From the sequence record DRR723986_8739: 64,000 nt of DNA. One strand, given 5' to 3'. Below the pieces are notes generated by a model that made no database searches, was not told the origin of the DNA, and saw only the letters and a program-made list of their open reading frames with translations. Of this stretch, positions 9,972 through 20,505 are shown one piece after another (position 1 is the first letter of the stretch; each line of letters starts with the position of its first letter). A program made the translations under genes and the position numbers.

Positions 9972-11585
9972 TTATTTCAATTTACCTTCTGTATCGGTGA
10001 AATTCCCAATAATTTGTGCGCCGCTATTGATCGTAACTGTACCATAAACTGTAATTGTATTGCCTTCACCTAGGAATTCCAATGTGCCTCCACTGTTTAG
10101 TCTCAGGTCACCGTAGATCACCGTGCTTCCATGCAATTGAAGTTTGGATTGGCTATTAATGTTAAGAGAAGTATTTTTATTGTACTGTCCAAATACAAAA
10201 GACCCGTTAACTGTCATCAATCCATTACTGTTGACATTCAAATTTTGCTCTATAGCTAACGAACCACAGAATAAGAATGTGCCTCCGATGTTGACGTTTT
10301 TCAAAACAGAAGAGCCAGCATAAGCTTGGGATTCGTTGCTATTTACATTCAAGTTTGCATTACCGCTATAGGCAGATAGACCTTCGCATGATGTATCAGC
10401 GGGTGCTTCAACTTTATTGATTTTTAAAATCTGAAGGCCACCAAATCCCGTGGCTACAAATACAAATTCTTCCTCATTTCTTACAAAATTTGAAGATCCA
10501 TCCAGGTCTAATACACCAAATTGCTTAATTGAAGCTAGATCGGAAACGTCTGAAATTGAGATTCCAGCGGCTCCATTGGCCATAAATAACAGGTTGTTGT
10601 CCACTGATACTGCATTGGTAACGATATCGCCTTCGGCTACATCTTCTGGGCGAATTGGAATAGCTAGTTTTTGCACCAAACTACCATCTACCATTTTGTA
10701 AATACCTGCACCACTTGCGCCTTCAGAGACGTAAAGATTACCATTGTCAATGTCCATCGTTCTTTTTGCGCCAGCTACATCTAGCGTAAGCGGGATAGAA
10801 ACTACTTCAGAAAGACTGTTCGGATCCAGAATATGAACACCTGTAGTACCACTTAGTACAGCTAGTTTGTCGCTTCCAAAGGCTACAGCTCTTAAATCAG
10901 TTATTTCAGAAGAATTGCCTAAAGTTTGCGTGCCATCAAATAAGCCTATAACTCCATCATTTCCACTGGTTACAGCAGTACTGGAATTGGTATTCGCTAC
11001 ATCGGTAGCAACAAAACCTGGTAGAGAAGTATAGACAAATTCTGAGGTGAATCTCCCACCTGAAACAGAAACTGTGATCAAGTTTGCCGGGGAAGTAACG
11101 TCATCATTTTCGTCGATATTAACTGCGGCAGCTAAGTATAGCTTTCCATTCTTATATTCAAGAGAGCTGATATCAGTGTCTGTAAAGACTGCCTGCTCAG
11201 TGATCACAGGGCTATAAATATTTGTAATATCGAAAATATCAACTGCCCCTAAGTAAGTATCTCCTTCAGTATTATAAGCTACATAGGCATAATTACCGTC
11301 TATATCTACGTGTGTTGCTTTAAGAGTTTTACCATCTAGAACTGGTGCGTCCACTTGAGAAACTAGAATAAGAGGTAAATCTGTCGCTTCTTCGAGAACC
11401 CTTCCTTCAGGAGCATTTGGATCAATCAGGCCAATGACACCAGCATTGTCTAAGTTCACACGTGCTGTTAGTGATTGACTATCGGAATTAATAGTAATCG
11501 GGCCATCATTGATGGGATTCGAAGTGTCATTACAGGAGTAAAGAGCCATTGCTAGCGCAAGGCCAAAGACTAGATTTTTTTTCAT
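9972..11585 (-). CDS. Surface lipoprotein with LVIVD-like beta-propeller and C-terminal beta-helix-like module
   Basis: Lipobox (LYSC); repeats such as GNYAYVAY, GKLYLAA, GNLYVSEG.SG, NNLLFMANG.AG, EFVFVATG.GGLQIL. Confidence 0.75.
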   Translation of the reverse strand: MKKNLVFGLALAMALYSCNDTSNPINDGPITINSDSQSLTARVNLDNAGVIGLIDPNAPEGRVLEEATDLPLILVSQVDAPVLDGKTLKATHVDIDGNYAYVAYNTEGDTYLGAVDIFDITNIYSPVITEQAVFTDTDISSLEYKNGKLYLAAAVNIDENDDVTSPANLITVSVSGGRFTSEFVYTSLPGFVATDVANTNSSTAVTSGNDGVIGLFDGTQTLGNSSEITDLRAVAFGSDKLAVLSGTTGVHILDPNSLSEVVSIPLTLDVAGAKRTMDIDNGNLYVSEGASGAGIYKMVDGSLVQKLAIPIRPEDVAEGDIVTNAVSVDNNLLFMANGAAGISISDVSDLASIKQFGVLDLDGSSNFVRNEEEFVFVATGFGGLQILKINKVEAPADTSCEGLSAYSGNANLNVNSNESQAYAGSSVLKNVNIGGTFLFCGSLAIEQNLNVNSNGLMTVNGSFVFGQYNKNTSLNINSQSKLQLHGSTVIYGDLRLNSGGTLEFLGEGNTITVYGTVTINSGAQIIGNFTDTEGKLK

Positions 11586-11931
11586 GATTTTTAAAATAGA
11601 AGAAGAGCCGTATTTGGTCTATTAAAAACTGTTTTTCAAATAGTGTATTTAGAATTTTATTTCGAATGAGTGTAGCTATTAGACGATCATATCGAAAAAT
11701 AGATTCATTTGACACAAAATTGAAATATTATTTTGATTTATATCAATAGCTAGGATAGTTATTTTCAACTCTCAATTTTTGGTTATGAGAGTGTAGCGGG
11801 TGTTTTTCTATTGCTTTATTTTTGTAAAAGGCTCGGAAAAAGAGCTCAAATATTCGAAGAATTCCTATTAGGAAGATGATGGTTTTAAGATTTGGAAGAG
11901 AGGGGAATTAATTGGGCGGGGTGATTTACTG

Positions 11932-14900
11932 CTAATTCCGTAGCAATTTTATTTGCTGAGAATAAGAACCCCAGCGAATATCAAGTATATAAATACCTGC
12001 TTTCTTATTTCTCATCCATTCTGAGACTACTTGCGTAACCTCTTCCGGGGAAGTAAGTATGGTAGATTTACCATCACCCAGCATATTGACTAATCGTATA
12101 GAGATAGATTGGTCCTGATAATTTTGAAGTTGTGTAAGTTGTACACTTACATCAGATCCTGACGCACTTGGGTTAGGGTAAGCTACCCAAGTTGAATTGC
12201 TATGAGTAGCTTCTACCTGAATTGCTCTTGTTCTGCTGTAGCTATATTTACCTGAGAAATCTACTTGCTTTAATCTGTAGAATATGTTTCCTCCTGTAAT
12301 GGGCAGGTTATTATCAGAAAAGTTATATTCGACAGGCTTGCTTGAGTAGCCATTTCCTTCAATTCTCCCAATAGTTTCCCATTCTTTTACAGAATTTACA
12401 GCCCTTTCAATTTCGAAGTGAGAGTTTTCCCATTCTTTTGAGGTGGACCATTCTAAAAGAGCGGATCTATCTTTAGATTGGTAAGTCGCTGTGTAGTAGA
12501 GGAATTCTACTGGCAAAATTCTACACCCACCATAGTAGGCAGGAGAGGAACCGACACTAACTCCACTAGAGCCAGAACTAGGAAAGGACCCAGTAATCGA
12601 ACCAGCAGGTAATCTTTGATCACAGATTACTAATTGACCTGTTCCGGAAACGCCTATATTCCCGCCACTCTTAGTAAGGTTGCTAGTTATTAGGACATCC
12701 GCATTATCATTAACGATAAATTGAGCGCCTCCTACATTTGGTAAACTAACGTTTCCATCGAATGTAACATAGGCATTATCATTCATTCTGATCGGACTTT
12801 CTACCGAAGTGTTTCCACCAACATAAAAATTAACATCATCATTGATCACAAGTTCACTTGCTACGTTGGGCAGTGTAAGGTTGCCTTCTAAGGTGATTTG
12901 AGCGTTTCCAGACACATACATGGGTTTATTTAGTGTTGTGTTGCCACCTACGTTTAAATCTACATTATCATTTATGGTAAAGGAATTATCTCCGTTATTT
13001 TCCATTAGGAGATTACAAGAGATATTAATAATACCATTTTCTGACGCAGAAATATTTTTACTTACTGACGCACTTCCTGTTACATCCAAAAGGCCATCTC
13101 CTTTAACCTGAACTCTAATTGGTGTTCCCCCGCCATTGTTTCCAACAATTAATGTGTTTTTACATTCAGTCCCCGGAGGATTAAACATTGTTCCAGTTTT
13201 AAACTCACCTTCAATAATTAATTGAGAAGTTCCGCTTTGTAAATTAGCAACAACTAAAACTTGAAATGAGGTATTGGATCCAACTTCTAAAGGGCGTATG
13301 CTTGCTCCTCCATCATTTGGAAAATTTAAATTTCTTACGATTACTGAAGGATTGGGACTAGCGTTTCCAGGATTTGTTAAATAAAAATTACTGTTTCTAG
13401 ATAGAGACATCGTTCCTAGAACTGTAAGTTCGGCATTATCATTAACTGAAACAGTTACATTCCCATTGTCTGTGGTAAATGATAAGTTGTTATTGAAGGT
13501 AGTTATTCCATTTAATACAATGGTTCCATTCATTGAAGTTGAATTGGCAACAATTAATCGACCTACATTAGAGTTTGAAAAGCTCATACCTGAATTATTG
13601 GTATTAAAGCTTAAGTTGGTCAAGCTCATAGTCCCATTGTTGGTAACTGAACTACTACCATTTACCGTTAAATCACCTGTATGAGCATTATTATTAATAT
13701 ATGATCCTGTTCCTGAAACGGTCACTGGCCTTGTGATGGATCCATTATTCACAAATGAGCCATCATTAATAGTAACTACTCCGCCTGTTTGACTTCCACC
13801 GCTAGCAATCGAAAAGGTGGTATTTGGGTGGTTCATAATCACATTTCCTGATTGAACACCCGAATTAGTATAACTTCCGAAATTATTAAGAGTAATTGCA
13901 TTGGAAGAGCTTCCGGAGTTAGTGAAGGTGGAAGAGTTATTAACAATCACCTGCCCGGATTGTGCTCCATTATTGGTGTAAACTGAAGAGTTGTTCAGAG
14001 TTACTTGACCGGACTGGGTACCTGAGTTGAAATAGGTCGAGTTGGTTGACACAATTATCGAATTAGAAACAGTCCCTTGATTAGAAGCCACTCCGTTTTG
14101 TATGTTCAGAGTTCCATAGTTATTATACAGTCCGCTGGAAAATACATTGAAAGAACTCTGGGCATTGTTTAAGGTCAAATCACCTTGTACAGTCCCATAA
14201 ACATTGAGAGTGATTTTATTAGATGTATTATAATTGGTAAAGAATCCTGAGAATGTAACTCCAGATGCAACACAGATAGTTAGATCACTTCTGTTTTGAA
14301 GATCAATAGCATAGCCTCGGTTGCCTCTAATGCAAATGGTAGAACCATTTTGGATCGTCCCAGTAATTGTGTTTCCATTTACAATAACATCGCATCCTGC
14401 GGGTCCACAGCCAGCGTTTGCATTTAATATTTTACATATTTCAGAACCGTCACTATCAGAGGTCCAAGAAATATTCCCTGAGCTACCTGCGACTCCGGAT
14501 ACAGTTGTTGGACAAAGGTCAGTTGCATCTCCAGTCCAGCCAGTAATATTCACCCCACCAGTGCCAATAATAAAATCAGCTTCACCTATGACTACTTCTG
14601 AGTTGGGGCCTTGTAGATTAATTTCTACGCCAGAAAGAGTAAAATCATTTCGGCTCGATTCTCTCGAATCAAGTATTAACTTTCCTCCATCTTCCACACA
14701 TATCGTTACGTTTGATAATTCTGTTATATAAATCAAACTTAAAGTGGAGCCATTTCCAATTACTATACAGCCACCTTGAATATTAAAACCAGGGTTATTG
14801 CCTTCGTTAGGCCTATCTAGACTCAAGTCAGCTCCATTTGCTAATACAATCCCACCTATCTGTAAATCATTTTCTTCCCATATATAAGCTGCATTTGAAC

Positions 14901-15102
14901 CAGCAAATCGAACAACTGCAGAGCCATTATTGATTTTGCCAGTAGGGGTCCAATTAAGATTACTGTTGTTCACTGTCCCAGATATAGTTCCATTGTAAGT
15001 TTTAGTGCTTGAACATCCAATACACTGCCCCCACGCATCCCCACTCCAGAAAATCTGAGCACAGCAAAAAATCAGAAAAACGAACAGAAATCTGCTTTTC
15101 AT
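11932..15102 (-). CDS. Secreted Asn/Gly/Ser-rich beta-helix-like protein with T9SS type A CTD (1056 aa)
   Basis: Signal peptide; ~19-aa repeats (N.G.QSGQV.lNNSS.yT); C-terminal LPVEF...LEWSTSKEWENSHFEIER...YPNP...KLLRN. Confidence 0.85.
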   Translation of the reverse strand: MKSRFLFVFLIFCCAQIFWSGDAWGQCIGCSSTKTYNGTISGTVNNSNLNWTPTGKINNGSAVVRFAGSNAAYIWEENDLQIGGIVLANGADLSLDRPNEGNNPGFNIQGGCIVIGNGSTLSLIYITELSNVTICVEDGGKLILDSRESSRNDFTLSGVEINLQGPNSEVVIGEADFIIGTGGVNITGWTGDATDLCPTTVSGVAGSSGNISWTSDSDGSEICKILNANAGCGPAGCDVIVNGNTITGTIQNGSTICIRGNRGYAIDLQNRSDLTICVASGVTFSGFFTNYNTSNKITLNVYGTVQGDLTLNNAQSSFNVFSSGLYNNYGTLNIQNGVASNQGTVSNSIIVSTNSTYFNSGTQSGQVTLNNSSVYTNNGAQSGQVIVNNSSTFTNSGSSSNAITLNNFGSYTNSGVQSGNVIMNHPNTTFSIASGGSQTGGVVTINDGSFVNNGSITRPVTVSGTGSYINNNAHTGDLTVNGSSSVTNNGTMSLTNLSFNTNNSGMSFSNSNVGRLIVANSTSMNGTIVLNGITTFNNNLSFTTDNGNVTVSVNDNAELTVLGTMSLSRNSNFYLTNPGNASPNPSVIVRNLNFPNDGGASIRPLEVGSNTSFQVLVVANLQSGTSQLIIEGEFKTGTMFNPPGTECKNTLIVGNNGGGTPIRVQVKGDGLLDVTGSASVSKNISASENGIINISCNLLMENNGDNSFTINDNVDLNVGGNTTLNKPMYVSGNAQITLEGNLTLPNVASELVINDDVNFYVGGNTSVESPIRMNDNAYVTFDGNVSLPNVGGAQFIVNDNADVLITSNLTKSGGNIGVSGTGQLVICDQRLPAGSITGSFPSSGSSGVSVGSSPAYYGGCRILPVEFLYYTATYQSKDRSALLEWSTSKEWENSHFEIERAVNSVKEWETIGRIEGNGYSSKPVEYNFSDNNLPITGGNIFYRLKQVDFSGKYSYSRTRAIQVEATHSNSTWVAYPNPSASGSDVSVQLTQLQNYQDQSISIRLVNMLGDGKSTILTSPEEVTQVVSEWMRNKKAGIYILDIRWGSYSQQIKLLRN

Positions 15103-15171
15103 TGAAAATAATTAGGAAGTTAGGGCTAGGGTGAGCCCAATTGTTTAGTGATTAAGCTATTAAGGGTAGTG

Positions 15172-15179
15172 CAAAGGTA
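15172..15179 (-). promoter_or_regulatory. Bacteroidota -7 box (TACCTTTG)
   Basis: TAnnTTTG match 70 nt upstream of the 15102 start. Confidence 0.55.
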
Positions 15180-15319
15180 GCTAGACTTTTTTTGATATTT
15201 CAATATTTATACTTAAAAATGTATTTCATATACATTTCATTGATTTGAATTATCTCAGGAAACGCTTAATTATTTTAAGATCTACGTGTTTTCCCTGCAA
15301 TTTGGATTAGACAGGAATC

Positions 15320-15353
15320 AAAAAAGCCCTTGAATTGTTCAATTCAAGGGCTT
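15320..15353 (-). terminator. Intrinsic terminator downstream of rho
   Basis: AAGCCCTTGAATTG-tt-CAATTCAAGGGCTT inverted repeat with a U tail on the minus strand. Confidence 0.85.
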
Positions 15354-15376
15354 GAGAAAATATTTAAAAAGGGGGG

Positions 15377-17179
15377 TTACCCATTCATACTGATCAAGAA
15401 CTCAGCATTATCACGGGTTCCTTTCATCCTTTGCAGAAGGAATTCCATAGATTCCTGAGAATTCATATCGCTCATCAGCTTACGAAGGATCCAAACTCGT
15501 TGCATCTCTTCTTTGTCCATCAATAGATCTTCACGACGAGTACCAGAATTGAGTACATCGATAGCAGGGTAGATTCTTCTATTGGATAGCTTACGATCCA
15601 ATGCAAGTTCCATGTTACCAGTTCCTTTGAATTCTTCAAAGATCACCTCATCCATTTTAGAACCTGTTTCTACAAGCGCAGTAGCGATGATGGTCAAGGA
15701 ACCTCCATTTTCTACATTACGAGCTGCACCAAAGAAACGTTTTGGCTTGTGAAGTGCATTGGCATCCACACCACCGGAAAGGATCTTTCCTGAGCTTGGA
15801 ACTACGGTATTATGTGCTCTGGCAAGCCTGGTGATGGAATCCAAAAGTATTACCACATCATGACCAACTTCCACCATACGCTTAGCTTTTTCCAAAACGA
15901 TATTCGACACTTTCACATGTCTATCGGCCGTCTCATCAAATGTGGAGGATATCACCTCAGCATTTACAGAACGGGCCATATCAGTCACTTCTTCTGGACG
16001 CTCATCGATCAGCAAGATCATCAAGTGTACTTCCGGGTGATTTCTAGTAATCGCATTTGCAATCTGCTGTAGCAATACGGTCTTACCAGTTTTTGGCTGA
16101 GCGACGATCATACCTCGTTGGCCTTTTCCTATAGGAGCAAACAGGTCTACAACTCTAGTGGAGAATTTATCTCCTGAGGTAGATAGGTTTAATCTTTCTT
16201 CAGGGAAAAGTGGAGTGAGGTATTCGAAAGGAACGCGGTCTCTGATTTCGTCTGTAGTTTTACCGTTAACCGTAGCGATCTTTAAGAGAGCAAAATACTT
16301 TTCACCTTCTTTCGGAGGGCGAATGGATCCTTTGATATGATCTCCTGTTTTTAAGCCAAAAAGTTTTACTTGGCTAGGCGATACATAGATATCATCTGGA
16401 GAAGCAAGGTAATTGTAATCCAAAGAGCGAAGGAAGCCGTAGCCTTCTTGCATCATCTCCAAAACACCTTCATTTTCGATCACTCCGTCAAATTCACGTG
16501 GATTTACACCAGGACGTCTTCTATTGGAATGAGGCGTAGTCTCAGCTGAAGGAGCCATCACCTCGTCTTGCGACTTGAAGTTTCTTCTTCTTGGAAGTTC
16601 CACTTCTTGCTCAGGCTTGGCTTGTGCTGGTTTATTTGCTGGCTTGTCTTCCTTAGTATCAGAAGTAGATTCTACTTCTTCAACGGCTTTTCTTCTTGGT
16701 CTGAAAGTTTTTGGCTCATCCCCAGTTGACTCTCCTTGAGGCTGTGGTTTTCTTTCTGGACGCTCTTGTTGCCCTTCTTTTTTAGCTTTCCAATCTGGCT
16801 TTTCAGGCTTCGTTTCTTTGTTTCTAGGCTCCGGAGCTTTTTTAGGCTCTTCTGCAGGAGTTTCTTCAGCTTTTGGAATGGCCGTTACATTTTGTCTCTT
16901 AAACTTAGGCTTGTATTCCGGTTCTTCTACTGGCTTTGTGGCAGCCGCAGGTTTTGGGGTCTCTGCGGGTGATGCCGGGGCTTTTGCTGCTTCTGGGGTT
17001 TCAGCGGCAGAAGGTTTCTTTTTAGGCAATGATTGCTCTGGGGTGATAGCTTGCTGATCGAGGATAGCATAGACGAGCTCGTCTTTCTTTAGAGTTTTGC
17101 GGTTTTTGACACCTAACTCCTCAGCGATTTCCTTCAGTTCAGATAATAACCTGAGTCTGAGTTCTTCTATGTTGTACAT
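15377..17179 (-). CDS. rho: Transcription termination factor Rho with long N-terminal low-complexity insertion
   Basis: [52 protein letters not shown]; start moved to ATG 17179 (MYNIEEL). Confidence 0.97.
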   Translation of the reverse strand: MYNIEELRLRLLSELKEIAEELGVKNRKTLKKDELVYAILDQQAITPEQSLPKKKPSAAETPEAAKAPASPAETPKPAAATKPVEEPEYKPKFKRQNVTAIPKAEETPAEEPKKAPEPRNKETKPEKPDWKAKKEGQQERPERKPQPQGESTGDEPKTFRPRRKAVEEVESTSDTKEDKPANKPAQAKPEQEVELPRRRNFKSQDEVMAPSAETTPHSNRRRPGVNPREFDGVIENEGVLEMMQEGYGFLRSLDYNYLASPDDIYVSPSQVKLFGLKTGDHIKGSIRPPKEGEKYFALLKIATVNGKTTDEIRDRVPFEYLTPLFPEERLNLSTSGDKFSTRVVDLFAPIGKGQRGMIVAQPKTGKTVLLQQIANAITRNHPEVHLMILLIDERPEEVTDMARSVNAEVISSTFDETADRHVKVSNIVLEKAKRMVEVGHDVVILLDSITRLARAHNTVVPSSGKILSGGVDANALHKPKRFFGAARNVENGGSLTIIATALVETGSKMDEVIFEEFKGTGNMELALDRKLSNRRIYPAIDVLNSGTRREDLLMDKEEMQRVWILRKLMSDMNSQESMEFLLQRMKGTRDNAEFLISMNG

Positions 17180-17385
17180 AAAGAGGGGATGAAATAAATA
17201 AAATGTAGTAAATGCGGTATTTGAGATCGTGGATGAATTTCTGAGGTAAAAAGATCTGCAAGAAATACTCAAGTCAAAGTGGGCTGACTTGCTCATTCAC
17301 GGTGATGTCACAATATTAACCTATGCGTTTGTATTAAGCAAATAATTATTAATCATAGAGCGCTTTTTCACCTATATAATTGGCT

Positions 17386-18075
17386 TTAGCTATTTATTTG
17401 CCTCAGAATAGCTAAGGATTTCCAGTTTCCAGGATTATCTAAATGCTGACTGTAAAAGTCCAATAGATGATCCAAAAGCTTTTGGCGGAGCGATTTACTT
17501 ATTTTGGTTTCATTGGAAAATGAATCGCGCATCAGTGCCGTTAGGTAATTCTCCGCTAAAGTGAGCTCTGATACTGAAAAAGGTTGAGACCGGCTTTCTG
17601 CTAAAAAACCTGTAGCTTCTTCTGGCGCAAAGCCCAGAAAACTGGATTTCTCAATCAGAAAAACCAAAGGGAATTGCCCAAGATGAACTTCTTTACTGTC
17701 CAAATGAAGAATGCATTCTTTCAAGAAATCAAATAGTGTCTCATTTTGATAATTCTCATAAATGGACTTGCTGATGACCTCGGTGATGAAAAGCGCAATA
17801 CCTGTTCTAGTAAAATCAAATGGGATAAGTTGGTGGGCTCGGTGTAATTGCGCTTCGGATATACGCTGTAAACCGCCATTATCTTTGTCATAAACGACAA
17901 GTTCAAGCAAAGTCAGCGGTTGATATAATGCTGTTTTCGATTTGTTACCTTGAGTCCGTACTCCATTTACCAAATAGGATTTCAGGCCCAGTTCGCGAGT
18001 AAAGATCTTCACGATAATACTCGTTTCCTTATATCGAATGGCACTGAGAACTATCCCTTGGGTCTTTTTGAGCAT
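17386..18075 (-). CDS. recO: DNA repair protein RecO
   Basis: KTQGIVL..IRYKETSIIVKIFTRE.G; typical Bacteroidota RecO length and C-terminal KSLAIL. Confidence 0.92.
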   Translation of the reverse strand: MLKKTQGIVLSAIRYKETSIIVKIFTRELGLKSYLVNGVRTQGNKSKTALYQPLTLLELVVYDKDNGGLQRISEAQLHRAHQLIPFDFTRTGIALFITEVISKSIYENYQNETLFDFLKECILHLDSKEVHLGQFPLVFLIEKSSFLGFAPEEATGFLAESRSQPFSVSELTLAENYLTALMRDSFSNETKISKSLRQKLLDHLLDFYSQHLDNPGNWKSLAILRQINS

Positions 18076-18283
18076 TGGATGTAATAAAAGAATTTCTTTC
18101 TGATTTTTTTACTGCAATGCCATTGAGTTCGCAGAGCAGGCCGCGAAGGATTGCGTGTCCTGAATTTATACAAATACTTGAAGTCTTCTTTGAGCGAACA
18201 TCTTTGTGCTCTTTGGGCGTCAGCGGTGAAAAATCAATTATTTGATAACTCAGAACACCGGTCACCCGACACCCAGTATCCTG

Positions 18284-18868
18284 CTACTTTTTATCCTCAT
18301 AAAAACACTTTCTGCAGCGAGCTTCATAGCTTTCCTTTTCTCCCAAAACTACTTTTTCTTTAGCATCTGAAAGTCGGAAAGAGAAAGCGGCAAGGTCCCC
18401 GCATTTCATACAGATGGCATTTACCTTGGTTACATATTCTGCAATTGCCATCAGCTTTGGCATTGGCTCAAATGGATTCCCTTCAAAATCCATATCCAAT
18501 CCTGCTAGAATTACACGCTTTCCCTGCACTGCAAGCTTTTGTGCAACGGCAACAATCTGTTCATCGAAAAACTGTACTTCATCTATTCCCACCACATCGC
18601 AGTCCCCACTTAGTAAGAGAATATCATCTGCGAAGTTGACTGGAGTGGATCTTATGGAGTTTTCATTGTGCGAGACCACATCGTTTTCATCATAGCGCTT
18701 GTCTATGGATGGCTTGAAGATTTCTACCTTTTGCTTTGCGATTTTGGCACGATTTAGCCGACGAATCAATTCTTCCGTTTTTCCAGAAAACATGGACCCA
18801 CAAATCACTTCGATCTGACCTTTATTTCCTGAGGACTTTCGCTTACCAATTGAAGGTTCTAGAAACAT
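18284..18868 (-). CDS. tdk: Thymidine kinase
   Basis: [27 protein letters not shown] and YEARCRKC zinc motifs. Confidence 0.97.
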   Translation of the reverse strand: MFLEPSIGKRKSSGNKGQIEVICGSMFSGKTEELIRRLNRAKIAKQKVEIFKPSIDKRYDENDVVSHNENSIRSTPVNFADDILLLSGDCDVVGIDEVQFFDEQIVAVAQKLAVQGKRVILAGLDMDFEGNPFEPMPKLMAIAEYVTKVNAICMKCGDLAAFSFRLSDAKEKVVLGEKESYEARCRKCFYEDKK

Positions 18869-18876
18869 GCCTTATT

Positions 18877-19203
18877 CTATTCGCTATATTCTATATGTGG
18901 GAACTTATTGAAGTCACCAACTCGAACAACAATTTCACCTGATTGAAGTTCGGCTTGGCATGCTAGTCTTTCTCCCACTCTTAATCTTCCTTGCTGTAGG
19001 AAATCAAGTTCTGGTTTGGTAGGAGGGGTGAGGTTTTCTTCACCTGATTTCAGAATGATTTTGCAGGTGGTACATCTGCCTTTTTTCCCACATGCATGCA
19101 TCCAATCGATACCGTTTTCATGAATAATTTCGATAACTTTACGAGGAACGCTAATGGAATTAATTCTCAGATTAAATAGATTTTCTATGACGATATGAGG
19201 CAT
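18877..19203 (-). CDS. 2Fe-2S ferredoxin-like protein
   Basis: ACGKKGRCTTC...RLACQ; start moved to ATG 19203. Confidence 0.9.
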   Translation of the reverse strand: MPHIVIENLFNLRINSISVPRKVIEIIHENGIDWMHACGKKGRCTTCKIILKSGEENLTPPTKPELDFLQQGRLRVGERLACQAELQSGEIVVRVGDFNKFPHIEYSE

Positions 19204-19236
19204 TTGTTCGTTGACTTTTGTAAACACCACTCTTCA

Positions 19237-20355
19237 ATGACTACTCAAATTAACAGCAATTATTTAGAAAAATACGCCGAAGACTATGCCGCAATTGTTT
19301 GTGGGCAGTTTTTCGCTTCCAAACAATACATGACTGGACAAGATATTGTTCAGTTAACTAACAGTGCACAGGTGAATTTCTTTGTCATCAAAAGATTATT
19401 CGAGCTGTGGCAGGGAGAACTCGAAAAACTCAAGAGTAACCCTTATTTTGATTACCGGGATATCACGGTTCATGAGGCACTTACAGAGTTCATGAACGTG
19501 CTTTCACGAAGAATCAAGGTAGAGAAAGAGCAGCTTCAGCCGTTGTTAGAAACTGCGGTGAGTCAGGCAATTCAACTTGCAACTGATCCAGTTACATTTT
19601 ACCAAAATGAGATAGCTAAAGCTCCTGCGGGGCATATCAATGAATTTCTGAAGGAAAATAAAAAGTATTACAAATGGCATGCTCAAGTTATTTCTTTTTT
19701 AATAGATAAGGCCGGATTTGGTCATGATGAAAGTGCCTACCTACGAGCCATTGCAGCAAATTATCAGGCAATCAAAGAATCTTTAGAGTCTGTGAATTTG
19801 CTTCTCGCGACATTTGGAGATGTAAAGTCATTTGATTTAGATGCATATTTAATTCAGGAAACTGTAGAGCCTACACCCACTTTCAATCCATCAACTGAAA
19901 TTACTAAGGAGCAGGAATCCAGAAGTTCATTTTTCGATGAGGTAGAAAATGAACCTCCAGTTAGTAAGCCAATTAATTCCGGACCTGAGAGATTAAATGA
20001 GCCTGAGCCTGTCAAGGTTGAAGAAACACACCATACTAATGGTGCTGCGGGAGCATTAGATCCTTATAACCTCAAGGTTAAGTTCGAAACCCTCTCTTAT
20101 AAAGGTATGAAGGGTATTATGGGTGAACTGTCTGAAAGTGTAGCCATCAATCAGCGCTTTATGTTTACCAAGGAGCTATTTGATGGAAATGCAGATTTGC
20201 TCAAACATGCATTAAAATCCATCGATAAATGTGATTCATTTGAAGAAGCGATTACCCTAGTAAATTCCCGCTATGTGGGTGAGTTAGACTGGAAACCTGA
20301 GACTGAGCCAGTACAAGAGTTTCTTTTGCTGGTGTACAGAAAGTTTGAAGTTTGA
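19237..20355 (+). CDS. Conserved Bacteroidota hypothetical protein
   Basis: Long ORF; helical N-domain, Pro/Glu linker, C-terminal AINQRFMFTKELFDG...W...V..FL.LV.RKF domain; ATG 19237 chosen to avoid overlap. Confidence 0.8.
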   Translation: MTTQINSNYLEKYAEDYAAIVCGQFFASKQYMTGQDIVQLTNSAQVNFFVIKRLFELWQGELEKLKSNPYFDYRDITVHEALTEFMNVLSRRIKVEKEQLQPLLETAVSQAIQLATDPVTFYQNEIAKAPAGHINEFLKENKKYYKWHAQVISFLIDKAGFGHDESAYLRAIAANYQAIKESLESVNLLLATFGDVKSFDLDAYLIQETVEPTPTFNPSTEITKEQESRSSFFDEVENEPPVSKPINSGPERLNEPEPVKVEETHHTNGAAGALDPYNLKVKFETLSYKGMKGIMGELSESVAINQRFMFTKELFDGNADLLKHALKSIDKCDSFEEAITLVNSRYVGELDWKPETEPVQEFLLLVYRKFEV

Positions 20356-20378
20356 TGAAATATTGAAATAAAGAGAAC

Positions 20379-20404
20379 AAAGAGCTGGTTTACAGCTCTT
20401 TTTT
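20379..20404 (+). terminator. Intrinsic terminator
   Basis: AAAGAGCTG-gttta-CAGCTCTTT followed by a T tract. Confidence 0.8.
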
Positions 20405-20505
20405 GATTTTATAAAATGAAATCCCCTTAATTTATAGGAATTGCTTAATTCACAGATTATCTTGTTTTTACCTATTGATATGGTAGAGTAAGCTTTTTTT
20501 AATCA

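Noticed and set aside
19237-20355. Upstream hypothetical considered as the missing Pycsar cyclase
   Set aside because: No class III cyclase motifs are recognisable and a terminator separates it from the effector gene.
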